Shown here: piece by piece, positions 1 to 9,988 of the stretch
How the letters are laid out: each line of letters starts with the position of its first letter
Numbering within the stretch: position 1 is the first letter of the stretch
DNA from: an uncultured bacterium
GTDB taxonomy: Bacteria > Acidobacteriota > HRBIN11 > JAKEFK01
Length of the DNA: 64,000 bases
Direction: 5' to 3'
NCBI GenBank assembly: GCA_963777505.1
Contig: CAVZQN010000003.1
Coordinates: forward strand, 96,001-160,000
Program-made: the position numbers and the translations under genes
Notes under the pieces: generated by a model
Databases searched by the model: none
Seen by the model: the letters and a program-made list of their open reading frames with translations, nothing else
Told to the model about the DNA's origin: nothing

Positions 1-77
1 AGGATTGCGATCACGAACGCTAGAATCCCGATTAAAGAAACCGCAAACACTAAAAAGGAAATAACCTCGCTAAACAT
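1..77 (-). CDS. N-terminal fragment of a membrane or secreted protein (runs off the window)
   Basis: ATG at 77 with SD AGGAGGA upstream; reads MFSEVISFLVFAVSLIGILAFVIAI (hydrophobic). Confidence 0.6.
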   Translation of the reverse strand, partial: MFSEVISFLVFAVSLIGILAFVIAI

Positions 78-171
78 GGCCAATCCTCCTTTCTGATACT
101 CGAAGTATCAGAAATTTCTGTCAATAAAGAAATTACTGTAAATCATGGCCAAAGTCAAGTTTGTGCTCGTA

Positions 172-262
172 GTAGGGAGCGGCCGGCTTGTGAGGCCGCA
201 GCTTGAGCATCGGTGCATCCGAAGGTTTGAATGGGCCGCACACAAGGGCGACCGGCCCCTAC
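172..262. repeat. GTAG-type REP doublet
   Basis: GTAGGGAGCGGCCGGCTTGTG... paired with ...CACAAGGGCGACCGGCCCCTAC; related units at 6367, 57411 and 63778. Confidence 0.65.
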
Positions 263-265
263 AAA

Positions 266-1711
266 TTATTTCGTGGCGAAGGGTGGCCGGGTAATTTTTG
301 AAGCGCAGGAAAAATCTAGTGATTCGACAGAACCTTTCGAAATGAAATCTGCAATCACCACATCAACACAGCCAGCCATTCTGTTAAATGAATGACCACC
401 TTGTTCAACGACAAAGTGTTTGCTGTTCGGCAATTTCTTCGCAGCTTCCTCTCCCCAGCGCGGAGGCGTTACAGGATCCAAACCTCCTGAAATCAAAAGA
501 ACGGCTGCTTTCGATTCAAACTTTTTGTTTTGAACAGGAGGTTTCCCTTTTGGCCAAACAGTGCATGCGTTGGCGATCTGCCTTACCCAATAGTCACCAT
601 GGAATGTGTTTGCAGTTTCCTTGCGGATCATATCTTCTGAAACCAAAGGAATATCCTCTGTGCAATACACAGTAAGAAACATGCCGAAAGAAAGTTCGGT
701 CTGAAATTGTTTGCGCATCATGAGTGTCATCTGTGCAAGCGGAGTGAAATTTCCAGTTGCAGCTTGATGAATCATCAAAGGAAGTTTTGAAGCGGAATCC
801 GGGGCATGCAGCAACGCACGCAGAGTTAGACCAATTTGCTCCCATTTGAGTTTGACAGTCGATGCTTCTTTTGTTTGCGGATCGACTAGCTGCACTTCTG
901 CAGGTTCCTTTCGAAGACGCTCCGCTAGAGCTTGATATTCAGCTTTTAGATTTGGGAAAGCTTGATTGCAGCTTTCCTCTTTAGCGCAATCTTCAAAAAC
1001 GCGATCTAACGCGCGCTGAGCATCTGCGGCTGTTGTTACGCTGACTCTCATTGAATTCAGTGGTGCAACTGCTTTGAGTACCGCGCTTCGAACTCGATCC
1101 GGGAATTCCTGCAGATAAACAAGCGCCGCGGCTGTTCCATATGAGGTTCCGTAAAAATTGAGCTTCTCATATCCCAGTACTTCACGAATTTCATCGAGAT
1201 CGCGCATTCCATTTAAAGTTGTGTACTGAGACAAATCGGCAACTTGCTGCAAATTATTTTTGCATTCCTTTACTTTTTCCAGTGGAAGAAAGTCCACAAA
1301 ATGTTCCGCTGTTGATGCAGAAGGATCGATCAACTCGCATTTCAAGCCATTTGATTTTCCTGTTCCGCGTTGATCGAACAGAACGATGTCACGATTTTTT
1401 CTAACTTCAGCGAAAGTTTTTGAATAAAAATCCGCAAGTTTAGTTCCAGCCTGGCCCGGACCGCCCTGAATTACCCAAAGGGGATCAGGAGCAGGGTTGG
1501 CGTTGAATGCCGGTAGTACAACAACATAAATACCAATTTTTCTTCCATCACGAACTTCTCGATTTTCGGGTACCTGAATGTATCCACATTTTGCTTCGCC
1601 TTCAACTTCGGGGATAGTACAGGGCTCCAATTTTGAAGTTGCGGCTTCGGCTGATTGAAGTGCCAGGATCAAAAAGAGACAAAAAATCCATCGTATATGC
1701 ATTGTCATCAC
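266..1711 (-). CDS. Secreted alpha/beta hydrolase, TAP-like (tripeptidyl aminopeptidase, S33) peptidase
   Basis: Signal peptide; GGPG oxyanion motif, DQRGTG, GTSYG nucleophile, DPVTP and GGH motifs. Confidence 0.85.
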   Translation of the reverse strand: MMTMHIRWIFCLFLILALQSAEAATSKLEPCTIPEVEGEAKCGYIQVPENREVRDGRKIGIYVVVLPAFNANPAPDPLWVIQGGPGQAGTKLADFYSKTFAEVRKNRDIVLFDQRGTGKSNGLKCELIDPSASTAEHFVDFLPLEKVKECKNNLQQVADLSQYTTLNGMRDLDEIREVLGYEKLNFYGTSYGTAAALVYLQEFPDRVRSAVLKAVAPLNSMRVSVTTAADAQRALDRVFEDCAKEESCNQAFPNLKAEYQALAERLRKEPAEVQLVDPQTKEASTVKLKWEQIGLTLRALLHAPDSASKLPLMIHQAATGNFTPLAQMTLMMRKQFQTELSFGMFLTVYCTEDIPLVSEDMIRKETANTFHGDYWVRQIANACTVWPKGKPPVQNKKFESKAAVLLISGGLDPVTPPRWGEEAAKKLPNSKHFVVEQGGHSFNRMAGCVDVVIADFISKGSVESLDFSCASKITRPPFATK

Positions 1712-1723
1712 TCCAAAATGAGT

Positions 1724-2455
1724 TTAGTAGTCGGTTTTTTTGAAACGGAAAACTGCGGCAGTAAAACTGAATACTGTCAAAAGTACGATTGTTACGATTG
1801 GGCGCCAGGGAATTCCCGTTGCGGCGATTTGAGTCACCAAAGTTTCAGGCATCCATGGATCGATTTTCACAAAGTAATCCAATCGGTTTGAAAAAATTAG
1901 AAAGGCGAAGGTATATAGAAATGCTCTGATACTGTCGCCTGTGATTGAACTAAAGAAAAACGTAACAGCTATATAAGGTGCAGCCGTCAGTGTGAGCAGG
2001 ATGGTATTTACCAGTGCATATCCAATATGTATTGGCTGGTGATAAATCAAACCTCCTGCGATCAAAATTGGAAGAGCGATCAAATTGAGAACAAATAAAA
2101 GACCTAAGACAACAATAAATTGAACCTGAAGCCACTTTTCGCGGCTCACAGGCAAACTCAAGCTCAATAAAATTGTGCGCTGTCTTGCTTCTGTTAGGAT
2201 TCCTCCGAGCGCAAGAATAATTCCAAACAATACATTCCTTTCAATTTCATGAAACCAGCGCCAATCTGTATATTTTGCAAAGTCCTCTACGATGTTCTTC
2301 ACATCTGATAACTGTGAAGTGTCAAGATCCACCCAGTTGAATAAGCCTTTCATGAGCGGGAAAAGTGAAACATGCATGATGGCAATCGCCAGAATAAAGA
2401 ACAGAGTTCCATAGAAGCGTTTATGAAGGTCATGCCAAACTTTCCATGCAATCAT
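1724..2455 (-). CDS. ABC-2 type transporter permease
   Basis: About 6 TM helices; overlaps the stop of the upstream ABC ATPase (ATGA). Confidence 0.75.
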   Translation of the reverse strand: MIAWKVWHDLHKRFYGTLFFILAIAIMHVSLFPLMKGLFNWVDLDTSQLSDVKNIVEDFAKYTDWRWFHEIERNVLFGIILALGGILTEARQRTILLSLSLPVSREKWLQVQFIVVLGLLFVLNLIALPILIAGGLIYHQPIHIGYALVNTILLTLTAAPYIAVTFFFSSITGDSIRAFLYTFAFLIFSNRLDYFVKIDPWMPETLVTQIAATGIPWRPIVTIVLLTVFSFTAAVFRFKKTDY

Positions 2456-3354
2456 CGGACGGCTCCTCCTTTATAATCTGTAGCTGCCAAATAAATTTCG
2501 CGAAGATTCATGTCTTGAATTTCAAGATTTGAAACGTGATATCGCTCGCGGAGTTGTTGCGCAATCGACTCAGCATTTTTTCGAATAATAATTTGAACTC
2601 GCATTCCTTCTTTCATGACCTTCTGTATGTTTTCCATGTTGCGGATTTCTTCAGCAGGCAAATCGCCAATTGCATGAAGCATCTTCCACTGACTTCGCAA
2701 ATCATCAAGATCATCTGAAAGGAGAGCTTTCCCGTTGTCGATGATCGTGACACGGTCACAGATCCTTTCAACTTCATCGAGGCGATGAGTTGCAATCAAT
2801 GCTGTGTTGTTGCCTTCCGCTGCCCAGGCGGCGATCAAGGAAAGCACCTCTTCGATTGCTGCAGGATCGAGTCCATCAGTTGGTTCATCAAAAATGAGCA
2901 GTTCTGGTTTTCTCGCGAGTGTTGCTGCAAGAAGCAGCTTTGCGCGATTTCCTTTTGACAAGGCTCCTGTTTTTTTGTCGTTTGGAATATTCCAATTGTT
3001 GATAAGCCGTTCCGCATCAGCTGCTGACCATGATGGATAAAAAGAGCCATAGAATTGCAAAAACTGTTCTGCGTTCATGTTTTCGTACAGGATCTTGTCT
3101 TCGGGTATAAAGGCGGCAAGGTTTCGAATTTCAACCGATTGAGTTATCGCATTCAGCTTTCGGACATGTGCAGATCCTGATGTAGGTGCTGTCATCCCAA
3201 GCAAAATTTTCAAAGTAGTCGTCTTGCCTGCGCCATTAGGACCTAGCATTCCGCAGATTGATCCGGCAGGAACGCTCCAATTAAGACGATCTATTGCCCG
3301 CGTATCACCATACAGTTTTGTAAGCTGGTTTGTTTCAATCATCTGTTCAGTCAT
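2452..3354 (-). CDS. ABC transporter ATP-binding protein (YtrB-like)
   Basis: Walker A GPNGAGKTT, LSKG signature, Walker B LIFDEPT, H-loop. Confidence 0.93.
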   Translation of the reverse strand: MTEQMIETNQLTKLYGDTRAIDRLNWSVPAGSICGMLGPNGAGKTTTLKILLGMTAPTSGSAHVRKLNAITQSVEIRNLAAFIPEDKILYENMNAEQFLQFYGSFYPSWSAADAERLINNWNIPNDKKTGALSKGNRAKLLLAATLARKPELLIFDEPTDGLDPAAIEEVLSLIAAWAAEGNNTALIATHRLDEVERICDRVTIIDNGKALLSDDLDDLRSQWKMLHAIGDLPAEEIRNMENIQKVMKEGMRVQIIIRKNAESIAQQLRERYHVSNLEIQDMNLREIYLAATDYKGGAVR

Positions 3355-3369
3355 AACAACTCCGTTGCT

Positions 3370-3753
3370 TCAGGAACTCGGAAATTTTTTTATTGCTTCG
3401 CGTAAAAGTTCCATCAGCTCTTCATCCGTAAAATTCAAAACTCGCGCTTCTGCAACTAATTGCTGCAAGAATGGCTGCAATCGTTTCTTGCGTTCTTCGC
3501 GGAACAGTTTGGGCGGCGCGATTTTCACAAATGAACCGCGGCCGGCAGTCGTTTCAACGAGGCCTTCCCGTTCCAATTCGCGATAGGCACGTGAGACTGT
3601 GTTCGGATTAATCACCAACTTAGCAGCAAGTTCACGAACCGTAGGAAGCTGATCGCCTTGTTTGACGGCTCCTGTGACAATCGCGTGTTTGATCTGCCTG
3701 ATTAATTGCTCATAAATTGGCTCACCTGACTGTGGCGTTACCCGAAACAACAA
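3370..3753 (-). CDS. GntR family, YtrA-subfamily transcriptional regulator
   Basis: PIYEQL...LPTVRELA...INPNTVSRAYRELE...GRGSFV; short C-terminus; heads an ABC operon. Confidence 0.92.
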   Translation of the reverse strand: MLFRVTPQSGEPIYEQLIRQIKHAIVTGAVKQGDQLPTVRELAAKLVINPNTVSRAYRELEREGLVETTAGRGSFVKIAPPKLFREERKKRLQPFLQQLVAEARVLNFTDEELMELLREAIKKFPSS

Positions 3754-3768
3754 TCACCTCACTTGTAC

Positions 3769-3871
3769 GGAGCGCGGACATCTTGTCCGCATTAAGGACC
3801 GCTGGCATCCTGCCAGCAAAATGCGGACTGGAAGTCCGCGGCCCGAAATGCAGGCTGGAAGCCTGCGCTCC
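3769..3871. repeat. Composite four-hairpin REP element (GGAGCGC...GCGCTCC)
   Basis: Hairpins GCGGAC/GTCCGC, GCTGGC/GCCAGC, GCGGAC/GTCCGC, GCAGGC/GCCTGC; near-identical reverse-complement copy at 43568-43676. Confidence 0.85.
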
Positions 3872-3874
3872 AAC

Positions 3875-3896
3875 TTGTATTAATGTCTTAATACAA
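3875..3896. promoter_or_regulatory. Putative YtrA operator palindrome
   Basis: TTGTATTAA-tgtc-TTAATACAA perfect 9-bp inverted repeat upstream of the YtrA-like gene; TTGACA on the minus strand at 3908-3913. Confidence 0.7.
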
Positions 3897-4040
3897 TACG
3901 CGAGCCGTGTCAAGTTTGTTCTGAGGGCGTTGTACGGCCGAGAGCGCAGAGATAAATGTGTAAAGAACTCGGCGGCCTCTGCGGTAAAAAGGGCCTACCA
4001 ACAACTCTGACTTTATGGTTTTATTGAGACGGAGGATCGG

Positions 4041-5375
4041 ATGCGAAAAATTCTTCTCTCTCTTTTGCTTTTGTTTCTTACTTGTATAGCGGCCGAAGCA
4101 GCTTCAAAAAAAGCGCTTGTGGGTGGAACTCTCATTGATGGATTTGGCGGAAAACCGATCCGCAACAGCGTGATTCTAATTGAAGGTGACCGGGTTGTAT
4201 CTATTGGCCAGGTTGGAACGCTGGCTGTGCCTTCTGATGCCGAAGTCATTTCAACCGAAGGGATGAGTGTTTTGCCAGGTCTGTGGGATATGCATGTTCA
4301 TTTGATGATTAATGGACATTCGGATTATGAACACTGGGATAAAACCTACATCAATCGTTTTGGAAAAGAAATCATGCCGGCCTCAGCGAAGCAGTTGTTG
4401 CTTGCAGGAGTGACAAGCGCAAGAGATCTTGGAGCACCACTTGAAGATAGTATCTCCGTTCGCGATGCAATTAATTCCGGAAAAATTCCGGGCCCAACGA
4501 TGTACATGTCGGGTCCTTTTATTCAACATGAACCCTATCCAGGAACGGAGCTTTTTCGATGGGGTGTCAAAGGCGCGGAAGATGCGCGAGCGAAAATTCA
4601 GAAGCTTGCAAAAGCTGGAGTCGATGTCATCAAATTAATCGATCAAGATCAAATGACAATGGAGGAAGTTCAAGCGGTTGTCGATGAAGCGCACAAAAAC
4701 AAATTGCCTGTTGTTGCACACTCTCACCGGCCGGAAGAAATTCGCCGCGGTTTAAAAGCCGGCGTAGATTGTTTCGAACATACCGGACTTGCAACTGCGC
4801 CTGAGTATCCTGAAGATGTTCTTCAAATGCTTCGTGAACGAACAGCGCAAATGAGTTTAGGTCCACTGTACTGGACTCCCACAATCGAAGGTTTGTTTAA
4901 TTACGAATACCTCCGGGATAATCCCGAACAACTGGATGATCCTGCATGGCATGAAGGAATGCCCCAGGACATTGTTGAAGATATCCAGAAGTCCATTCAA
5001 CATCCTGGAAGACTTCCATATTTTCAAATCACTCCAAGCAGGCGTCCAACACTTGAACGAAAGTTCAATCAACTTCGCGAATCGGGTGTGGTTCTTTTAG
5101 TTGGAACTGACAGCGGAATCCCAATGAAATTTCACAGCTCTTCAACATGGCGTGAGCTGGATATCTGGGTCAATCGTCTTGGTGTTGATCCGATTATGGC
5201 AATCAAAGCTGCAACATACTGGCCTGCTACGGCAATGAAAGTTGATAAGGATTATGGAACCATCAGCGAAGGGAAGTTTGCTGATATTATTGCGGTTCGT
5301 GGTGATGTGCTACGATACATCACCTTATTGCAAAATGTTGATTTTGTTATGAAACATGGCGTTCGGTATAAGTAA
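4041..5375 (+). CDS. Secreted metal-dependent amidohydrolase (Xaa-Pro dipeptidase-like)
   Basis: Signal peptide; PGLWDMHVH, AHS, EH, GTDSG and GKFADII motifs. Confidence 0.9.
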   Translation: MRKILLSLLLLFLTCIAAEAASKKALVGGTLIDGFGGKPIRNSVILIEGDRVVSIGQVGTLAVPSDAEVISTEGMSVLPGLWDMHVHLMINGHSDYEHWDKTYINRFGKEIMPASAKQLLLAGVTSARDLGAPLEDSISVRDAINSGKIPGPTMYMSGPFIQHEPYPGTELFRWGVKGAEDARAKIQKLAKAGVDVIKLIDQDQMTMEEVQAVVDEAHKNKLPVVAHSHRPEEIRRGLKAGVDCFEHTGLATAPEYPEDVLQMLRERTAQMSLGPLYWTPTIEGLFNYEYLRDNPEQLDDPAWHEGMPQDIVEDIQKSIQHPGRLPYFQITPSRRPTLERKFNQLRESGVVLLVGTDSGIPMKFHSSSTWRELDIWVNRLGVDPIMAIKAATYWPATAMKVDKDYGTISEGKFADIIAVRGDVLRYITLLQNVDFVMKHGVRYK

Positions 5376-5528
5376 TCAACTCAACCGCCAAGGCGTCAAG
5401 ACGCCACGGAAAAAAAAGAAGTAGCATTTTCATCAATTGGCGCGAATTAAAGTCCCGCTCAACTCTGTAAGGTTTCAATTTGATATTGAAGCTATAGAAT
5501 TGATAAATTCCAAGATCGGAGTAGAGCT

Positions 5529-6365
5529 GTGAAATCCATATTTTTCATCCTTTTGATGTGTGTTGCGCCATTGATTTTTGCGGAAGATATTGCATCTCTT
5601 GTGCAGGCAGAAAAAGATTTTTCCAACCTGAGTATAAAGAAAGGTGTGAATGAATCTTTTGTAACTTTCTTTGCAGATGATGCTGTCGTCCTTCGTCCAG
5701 GGCCTGTGAATGGAAAGAAATGGTATCAAGATCGCAAACCGTCTTCCGGACAACTTTCCTGGGAACCAACGTTGTCAGAGCTTTCAGCGGCGGGTGATTT
5801 GGGTTACAACACTGGTCCATGGGAATTTAGAGCAAAACCAGAAGATCAGGATCCGGCAGGGCATGGTCAATTCTTTTCTTTCTGGAAAAAACAGCCGGAT
5901 GGAAAATGGAAAGTCGTCATCGATCATGGTCATGACAATCCGAAACCAAATCAGAAGCCGACACCAGTGACGATTCCTTCGCAGAAAATTAAAGCTTCAG
6001 TAAACACGATAGAAGAACTAAAAGTGCTGCTAACAAGCGATCGTGAATTTTCAAAAATCAGCAATGTCAAAGGCACATCAGAAGCGTATAAACAATTTCT
6101 CGCTAAAAAGATACGAGTGATGAGAACAAATCATTTTCCGGAATCAGATCGTGAAAAAGCTCTCGCAATCGTTTTCCAGGAGAAGGGATCAATTAAATGG
6201 GAACCTGCGGGTGGAGATGTTGCCGCTTCAGGTGATCTTGGATACACGTACGGCATGAGCGAACGGACGGTCGATGGGAAAGTAGAGAAAGGAAATTATG
6301 TTCGCGCATGGAGAAAGGAAGACGGTCAATGGAAAGTGGCCGTTGAAGTAATGACACCTTACTAA
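5529..6365 (+). CDS. Secreted protein with two NTF2/SnoaL-like (DUF4440) domains
   Basis: Repeated WEP...S(A)xGDLGYxxG...W(K)KxxDGxWKV unit; GTG start; signal peptide. Confidence 0.8.
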   Translation: MKSIFFILLMCVAPLIFAEDIASLVQAEKDFSNLSIKKGVNESFVTFFADDAVVLRPGPVNGKKWYQDRKPSSGQLSWEPTLSELSAAGDLGYNTGPWEFRAKPEDQDPAGHGQFFSFWKKQPDGKWKVVIDHGHDNPKPNQKPTPVTIPSQKIKASVNTIEELKVLLTSDREFSKISNVKGTSEAYKQFLAKKIRVMRTNHFPESDREKALAIVFQEKGSIKWEPAGGDVAASGDLGYTYGMSERTVDGKVEKGNYVRAWRKEDGQWKVAVEVMTPY

Positions 6366-6412
6366 CCGGGCGGATCTTAGACGCGCCCCTACTTCTGCGT
6401 ATTTTGCCGTGA

Positions 6413-8284
6413 ATGAGCTATCTTTATTGGATGGCACATCCGGACGAATCTACATGGAAAGAGCGCCGCGAAGCGCTTCGCTATATTCCGCCATTCGTAA
6501 GAATGGTTTGGCAAACCAATCGACTTTCAACTGCTTCCATGGTCGTGCTCCGTCTGATACGCGCGTGGATCCCTGTAGGCGCACTCTGGGTTGGCAAGTT
6601 AATTATCGATACAGTTGTCGCCTCTCTTTCCGGTAAGCAAGATTTAACGCGCCTTTGGAAATTGGTTGTGCTGGAATTTGCAATTGTATTTGTAGGTGAA
6701 ATTTTAGCGCGTGTTTCCAACGTGATCGAGAGCTTACTTGCGGATCGCTTTTCAAATATTACCAGTCTGAAATTAATGGAACATGCCGCGAAGCTTGATT
6801 TGTATCACTTTGAAGATCCGGCATTTTATGATCGTTTGGAACGCGCACGCAGGCAAACAACAGGACGTCTCGGTCTACTCGCTCAACTCCTTACGATCGG
6901 GCAGGACTTGCTCACACTTTTTGGCCTGGCTGTAGCTTTGTTGTTTTACAATCCATGGTTATTGCTGCTTCTTGTAGTTGCAGTGGTGCCATCCTTCCTG
7001 GGTGAAACTCATTTTGCCTCGTTGCAGTATTCGCTGTTTTATCGATGGACCCCTCAGCGCAGACAGCTAGACTACATCCGATATATTGGAGCGAGTGACG
7101 AAACTGCAAAGGAATTGCAGCTGTTCGGGCTGGCACGATGGCTCATGCGCCGCTTTGAAACTCTAGCTAACAAGTTTTATCAGGAAAACAAACGCCTGTC
7201 GATCCGAAAAAGTGTCATCTCAACTTTGCTTTCAGTGATCGGGACACTCGGTTATTACGGTGCGTATATTTCAATTTTGTTGCGCGCTGTTAGCGGAGCA
7301 ATATCGCTGGGAACTCTTACATTTCTCGCAGGCTCGTTTATGCGCGCTCGTGATTTGATTCAGCGTTTACTCATGGGAGCGAGTGATATTTTTTATCAAG
7401 CACTTTATCTGAAAGACTTGTTTGAATTTTTTGAAGTGAAACCCTCCATCATTTCTAAAGTGGGTGCTCCTACGGTTCCAAATCCAATCCGCGAAGGCTT
7501 CGTCTTTCAAAATATAGGATTCCGCTATCCCGGCAGCGAGGAATGGGCGGTTCGTGGCCTTAATTTTCACTTGAAGCCAGGTGAGCGCATCGCACTTGTC
7601 GGTGAAAATGGCGCTGGAAAGACAACCATTACAAAACTGATGACAAGACTTTATGATCCGACTGAAGGAAGCATTTTGTTGGATGGAGTTGATTTGCGTG
7701 ATTACGATCTGCAATCTGTTCGTAATGCGATTGGGGTCTTGTTCCAGGATTACGTTCGATATGATCTACGTTTTGATGAAAACATCGGCCTGGGTGAAAT
7801 TGCTGAAGTAGAAAAATATTTAGATCATTCGCGGAACGGTAATCGCGATGAGCAGATTCCCGAAACGATCAAAATTGCAGCAGAGAAGTCTCTAGCATCC
7901 TCATTAATTCCAAAATTCAAAGATGGTTATGCGCAGATGCTGGGACGCCGATTTGATGGTGGTGTGGATTTATCAGGAGGCGAATGGCAAAAAGTTGCAC
8001 TAGGCCGCGCATATATGACAAATGCGCAGGTAATAATTTTGGATGAACCAACTGCCTCATTGGACGCACGTGCAGAATACGAAGTGTTTCGAAGATTTTC
8101 TGAACTTTTCCACGGAAGAATGGCTGTGATTATTTCACACCGGTTTTCAACCGTACGTGTTGCTGATCGAATTCTCGTTCTAACGATGGGTCATGTTGTG
8201 GAATCAGGAACTCATGACGAACTACTTGCCAAAAAAGGCCTTTATGCCGATCTGTTTGAACTCCAGGCTGAAGGCTATAGGTAG
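6413..8284 (+). CDS. ABC exporter, fused permease and ATP-binding domains
   Basis: N-terminal TM domain; GENGAGKTT, LSGGEWQ, ILDEPT, SHR. Confidence 0.93.
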   Translation: MSYLYWMAHPDESTWKERREALRYIPPFVRMVWQTNRLSTASMVVLRLIRAWIPVGALWVGKLIIDTVVASLSGKQDLTRLWKLVVLEFAIVFVGEILARVSNVIESLLADRFSNITSLKLMEHAAKLDLYHFEDPAFYDRLERARRQTTGRLGLLAQLLTIGQDLLTLFGLAVALLFYNPWLLLLLVVAVVPSFLGETHFASLQYSLFYRWTPQRRQLDYIRYIGASDETAKELQLFGLARWLMRRFETLANKFYQENKRLSIRKSVISTLLSVIGTLGYYGAYISILLRAVSGAISLGTLTFLAGSFMRARDLIQRLLMGASDIFYQALYLKDLFEFFEVKPSIISKVGAPTVPNPIREGFVFQNIGFRYPGSEEWAVRGLNFHLKPGERIALVGENGAGKTTITKLMTRLYDPTEGSILLDGVDLRDYDLQSVRNAIGVLFQDYVRYDLRFDENIGLGEIAEVEKYLDHSRNGNRDEQIPETIKIAAEKSLASSLIPKFKDGYAQMLGRRFDGGVDLSGGEWQKVALGRAYMTNAQVIILDEPTASLDARAEYEVFRRFSELFHGRMAVIISHRFSTVRVADRILVLTMGHVVESGTHDELLAKKGLYADLFELQAEGYR

Positions 8285-8332
8285 GATTCTCAGCGACTCT
8301 GCGGTTAAAATAATCCATCCAAGGAGAAAGGA

Positions 8333-8839
8333 ATGACCAGAAAAATCCTGATTATTTTGACTGCCTATCTTTTTGTACTCAGTTTTGTATTTGCAGAAAC
8401 AGAAAATTCATTTACCACCATCATTCTCGTTCGTCATGCTGAAAAGACTACGACACCGAAGGACGATCCGGTCCTGACGGATGCTGGCAAGGTCCGTTCA
8501 GAGAATCTCGCAAAATTGTTACGTGCTGCAGATGTAAAAGCGATTTATACAACCCATTTTCAGCGCACACGTTTAACAGCGGAACCGCTTGCGAAACAAC
8601 TTTCTATTACTCCAACTGTCTTTGATGCAAAAGACAGCACAGTATTTTCTAAAGCAATTCGCGATAAAAACGCAGGTCAAACAGTCCTCGTTGTTGGTCA
8701 TAGCAACACTGTGCCGGAGATTATTCATGGGTTGGGTGGTCCAGCAATGGAAGAAATTGATGAAACGGAATTCGACAATTTATTTATCGTTACGATGCCG
8801 AAAGAAGGCAAATCGTCGATTTTGAAACTAAAATACTAA
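8333..8839 (+). CDS. Secreted histidine phosphatase (phosphoglycerate mutase family)
   Basis: LVRHAE, RTRLTA and VVGHSNT motifs; signal peptide; SD AAGGAG. Confidence 0.85.
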   Translation: MTRKILIILTAYLFVLSFVFAETENSFTTIILVRHAEKTTTPKDDPVLTDAGKVRSENLAKLLRAADVKAIYTTHFQRTRLTAEPLAKQLSITPTVFDAKDSTVFSKAIRDKNAGQTVLVVGHSNTVPEIIHGLGGPAMEEIDETEFDNLFIVTMPKEGKSSILKLKY

Positions 8840-8842
8840 TAT

Positions 8843-9308
8843 ATGGAAGAAAAAAGCCTTCAAGAAACGTATGCTCCACAAAACGCATGCTTTGGATGCG
8901 GCCCTTCAAATGAAAAAGGATTGAAGATCCGAAGTTTTGTTCAGGGCGATGAAGTTGTATGCTGAATGGACTCCTCAAAAACATCATGAAGCATTTCCAG
9001 GCGTGTTGAATGGTGGAATTATTGGCGCACTGTTGGATTGTCATTCGAACTGGACAGCCACCTGGCATTTGATGAACAAGGCAGGTGAGAGCCATCCGCC
9101 TTGTACGGTGACTGCCGATTTTGCGGTGAAGTTGTTTCGTCCAACTCCAACGGATGGACCGGTTCAACTCAGCGCAGTTGTCACCGAATCAACTGATGAT
9201 CGCGCAATTGTTGAATCGAAATTAACGGCAGGTGGTAAAGTTTGCGCAACTTGTCGTGGAACTTTCGTTGCAGTAAAACCGGGACATCCGGCGTATCATC
9301 GCTGGTAA
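8843..9308 (+). CDS. PaaI family thioesterase, split by a +1 frameshift near 8960
   Basis: MEEKSLQETYAPQNACFGCGPSNEKGL...GDEVV joins AEWTPQKHHEAFPGVLNGGIIGALLDCH if one base is removed. Confidence 0.8.
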
Positions 9309-9404
9309 AAATGAATTCACCACAAAGACACAAAGAACACAAGCTATAAGCAAAACTTGTTAATAGTTTTTGTATACTTTGTGCCTTTGTGGTGAATTCA
9401 TTTT
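9308..9404. repeat. Short-period REP-like inverted repeat (CACCACAAAGACACAAAG family)
   Basis: 28-bp arms at 9308-9335 and 9377-9404 with one mismatch. Confidence 0.85.
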
Positions 9405-9427
9405 CTTATTCATCTCGCCCATCATTC

Positions 9428-9455
9428 TTGCAAAATTTAACGAAATCAATATAGT
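9428..9455 (+). promoter_or_regulatory. Putative sigma70 promoter of the RRM gene
   Basis: TTGCAA-16 nt-TATAGT. Confidence 0.5.
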
Positions 9456-9624
9456 AAGAAATTGTCAAAGGGATTTTTCTTTGACGTAGGTAAACGTTAA
9501 ATCGATGCTGAAAAGCCTTCTGCTATCAGCTTTCCGCGATTCGCAATCCTGCCCTCGTTCGAAAGGGTCACGATTCGTGTGCGGGAGTTTGAAAAGGCCC
9601 TTCAGTTTTTAAAGAGGAGTAACT

Positions 9625-9924
9625 TTGCAAAAGAAACTTTTTGTGGGTGGATTGCCCTACACAACCCAGGAAGATGAAATTCGCGATCTCTTTGCCCAGG
9701 CTGGCGAAGTAGTATCAGCAAATATCATCCGCGATCGTTTCACAAACCAGTCGCGTGGTTTTGGTTTTGTGGAAATGGCCACAGAAGATCAGGCGGCAGA
9801 TGCAATAAAACGTTTTAACGGGGTCGAGTTTGGTGGCCGTAGCATGGTTGTAAATGAATCGCGACCGCAGGAACGTAAGAATACCGGCGGCGGTGGATTC
9901 AGAGGAAAGCGCGACCGATATTAG
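9625..9924 (+). CDS. RRM RNA-binding protein (Rbp family)
   Basis: RNP2 LFVGGL, RNP1 RGFGFVEM, Gly-rich tail; SD GAGGAG; TTG start. Confidence 0.93.
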   Translation: MQKKLFVGGLPYTTQEDEIRDLFAQAGEVVSANIIRDRFTNQSRGFGFVEMATEDQAADAIKRFNGVEFGGRSMVVNESRPQERKNTGGGGFRGKRDRY

Positions 9925-9938
9925 CTTTCATTTGTTTT

Positions 9939-9975
9939 AGACCCTCCGGGCCCAAACTGGAGGGTCTTTCGTTTT
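9939..9975 (+). terminator. Rho-independent terminator
   Basis: AGACCCTCCGG/CTGGAGGGTCT stem followed by a T-rich tract. Confidence 0.75.
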
Positions 9976-9988
9976 AAGGTGTGTTTAT

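Noticed and set aside
8957-8965. Selenocysteine or readthrough at TGA in the thioesterase
   Set aside because: The homologous sequence continues in a different frame, so this is an indel and not an in-frame stop.
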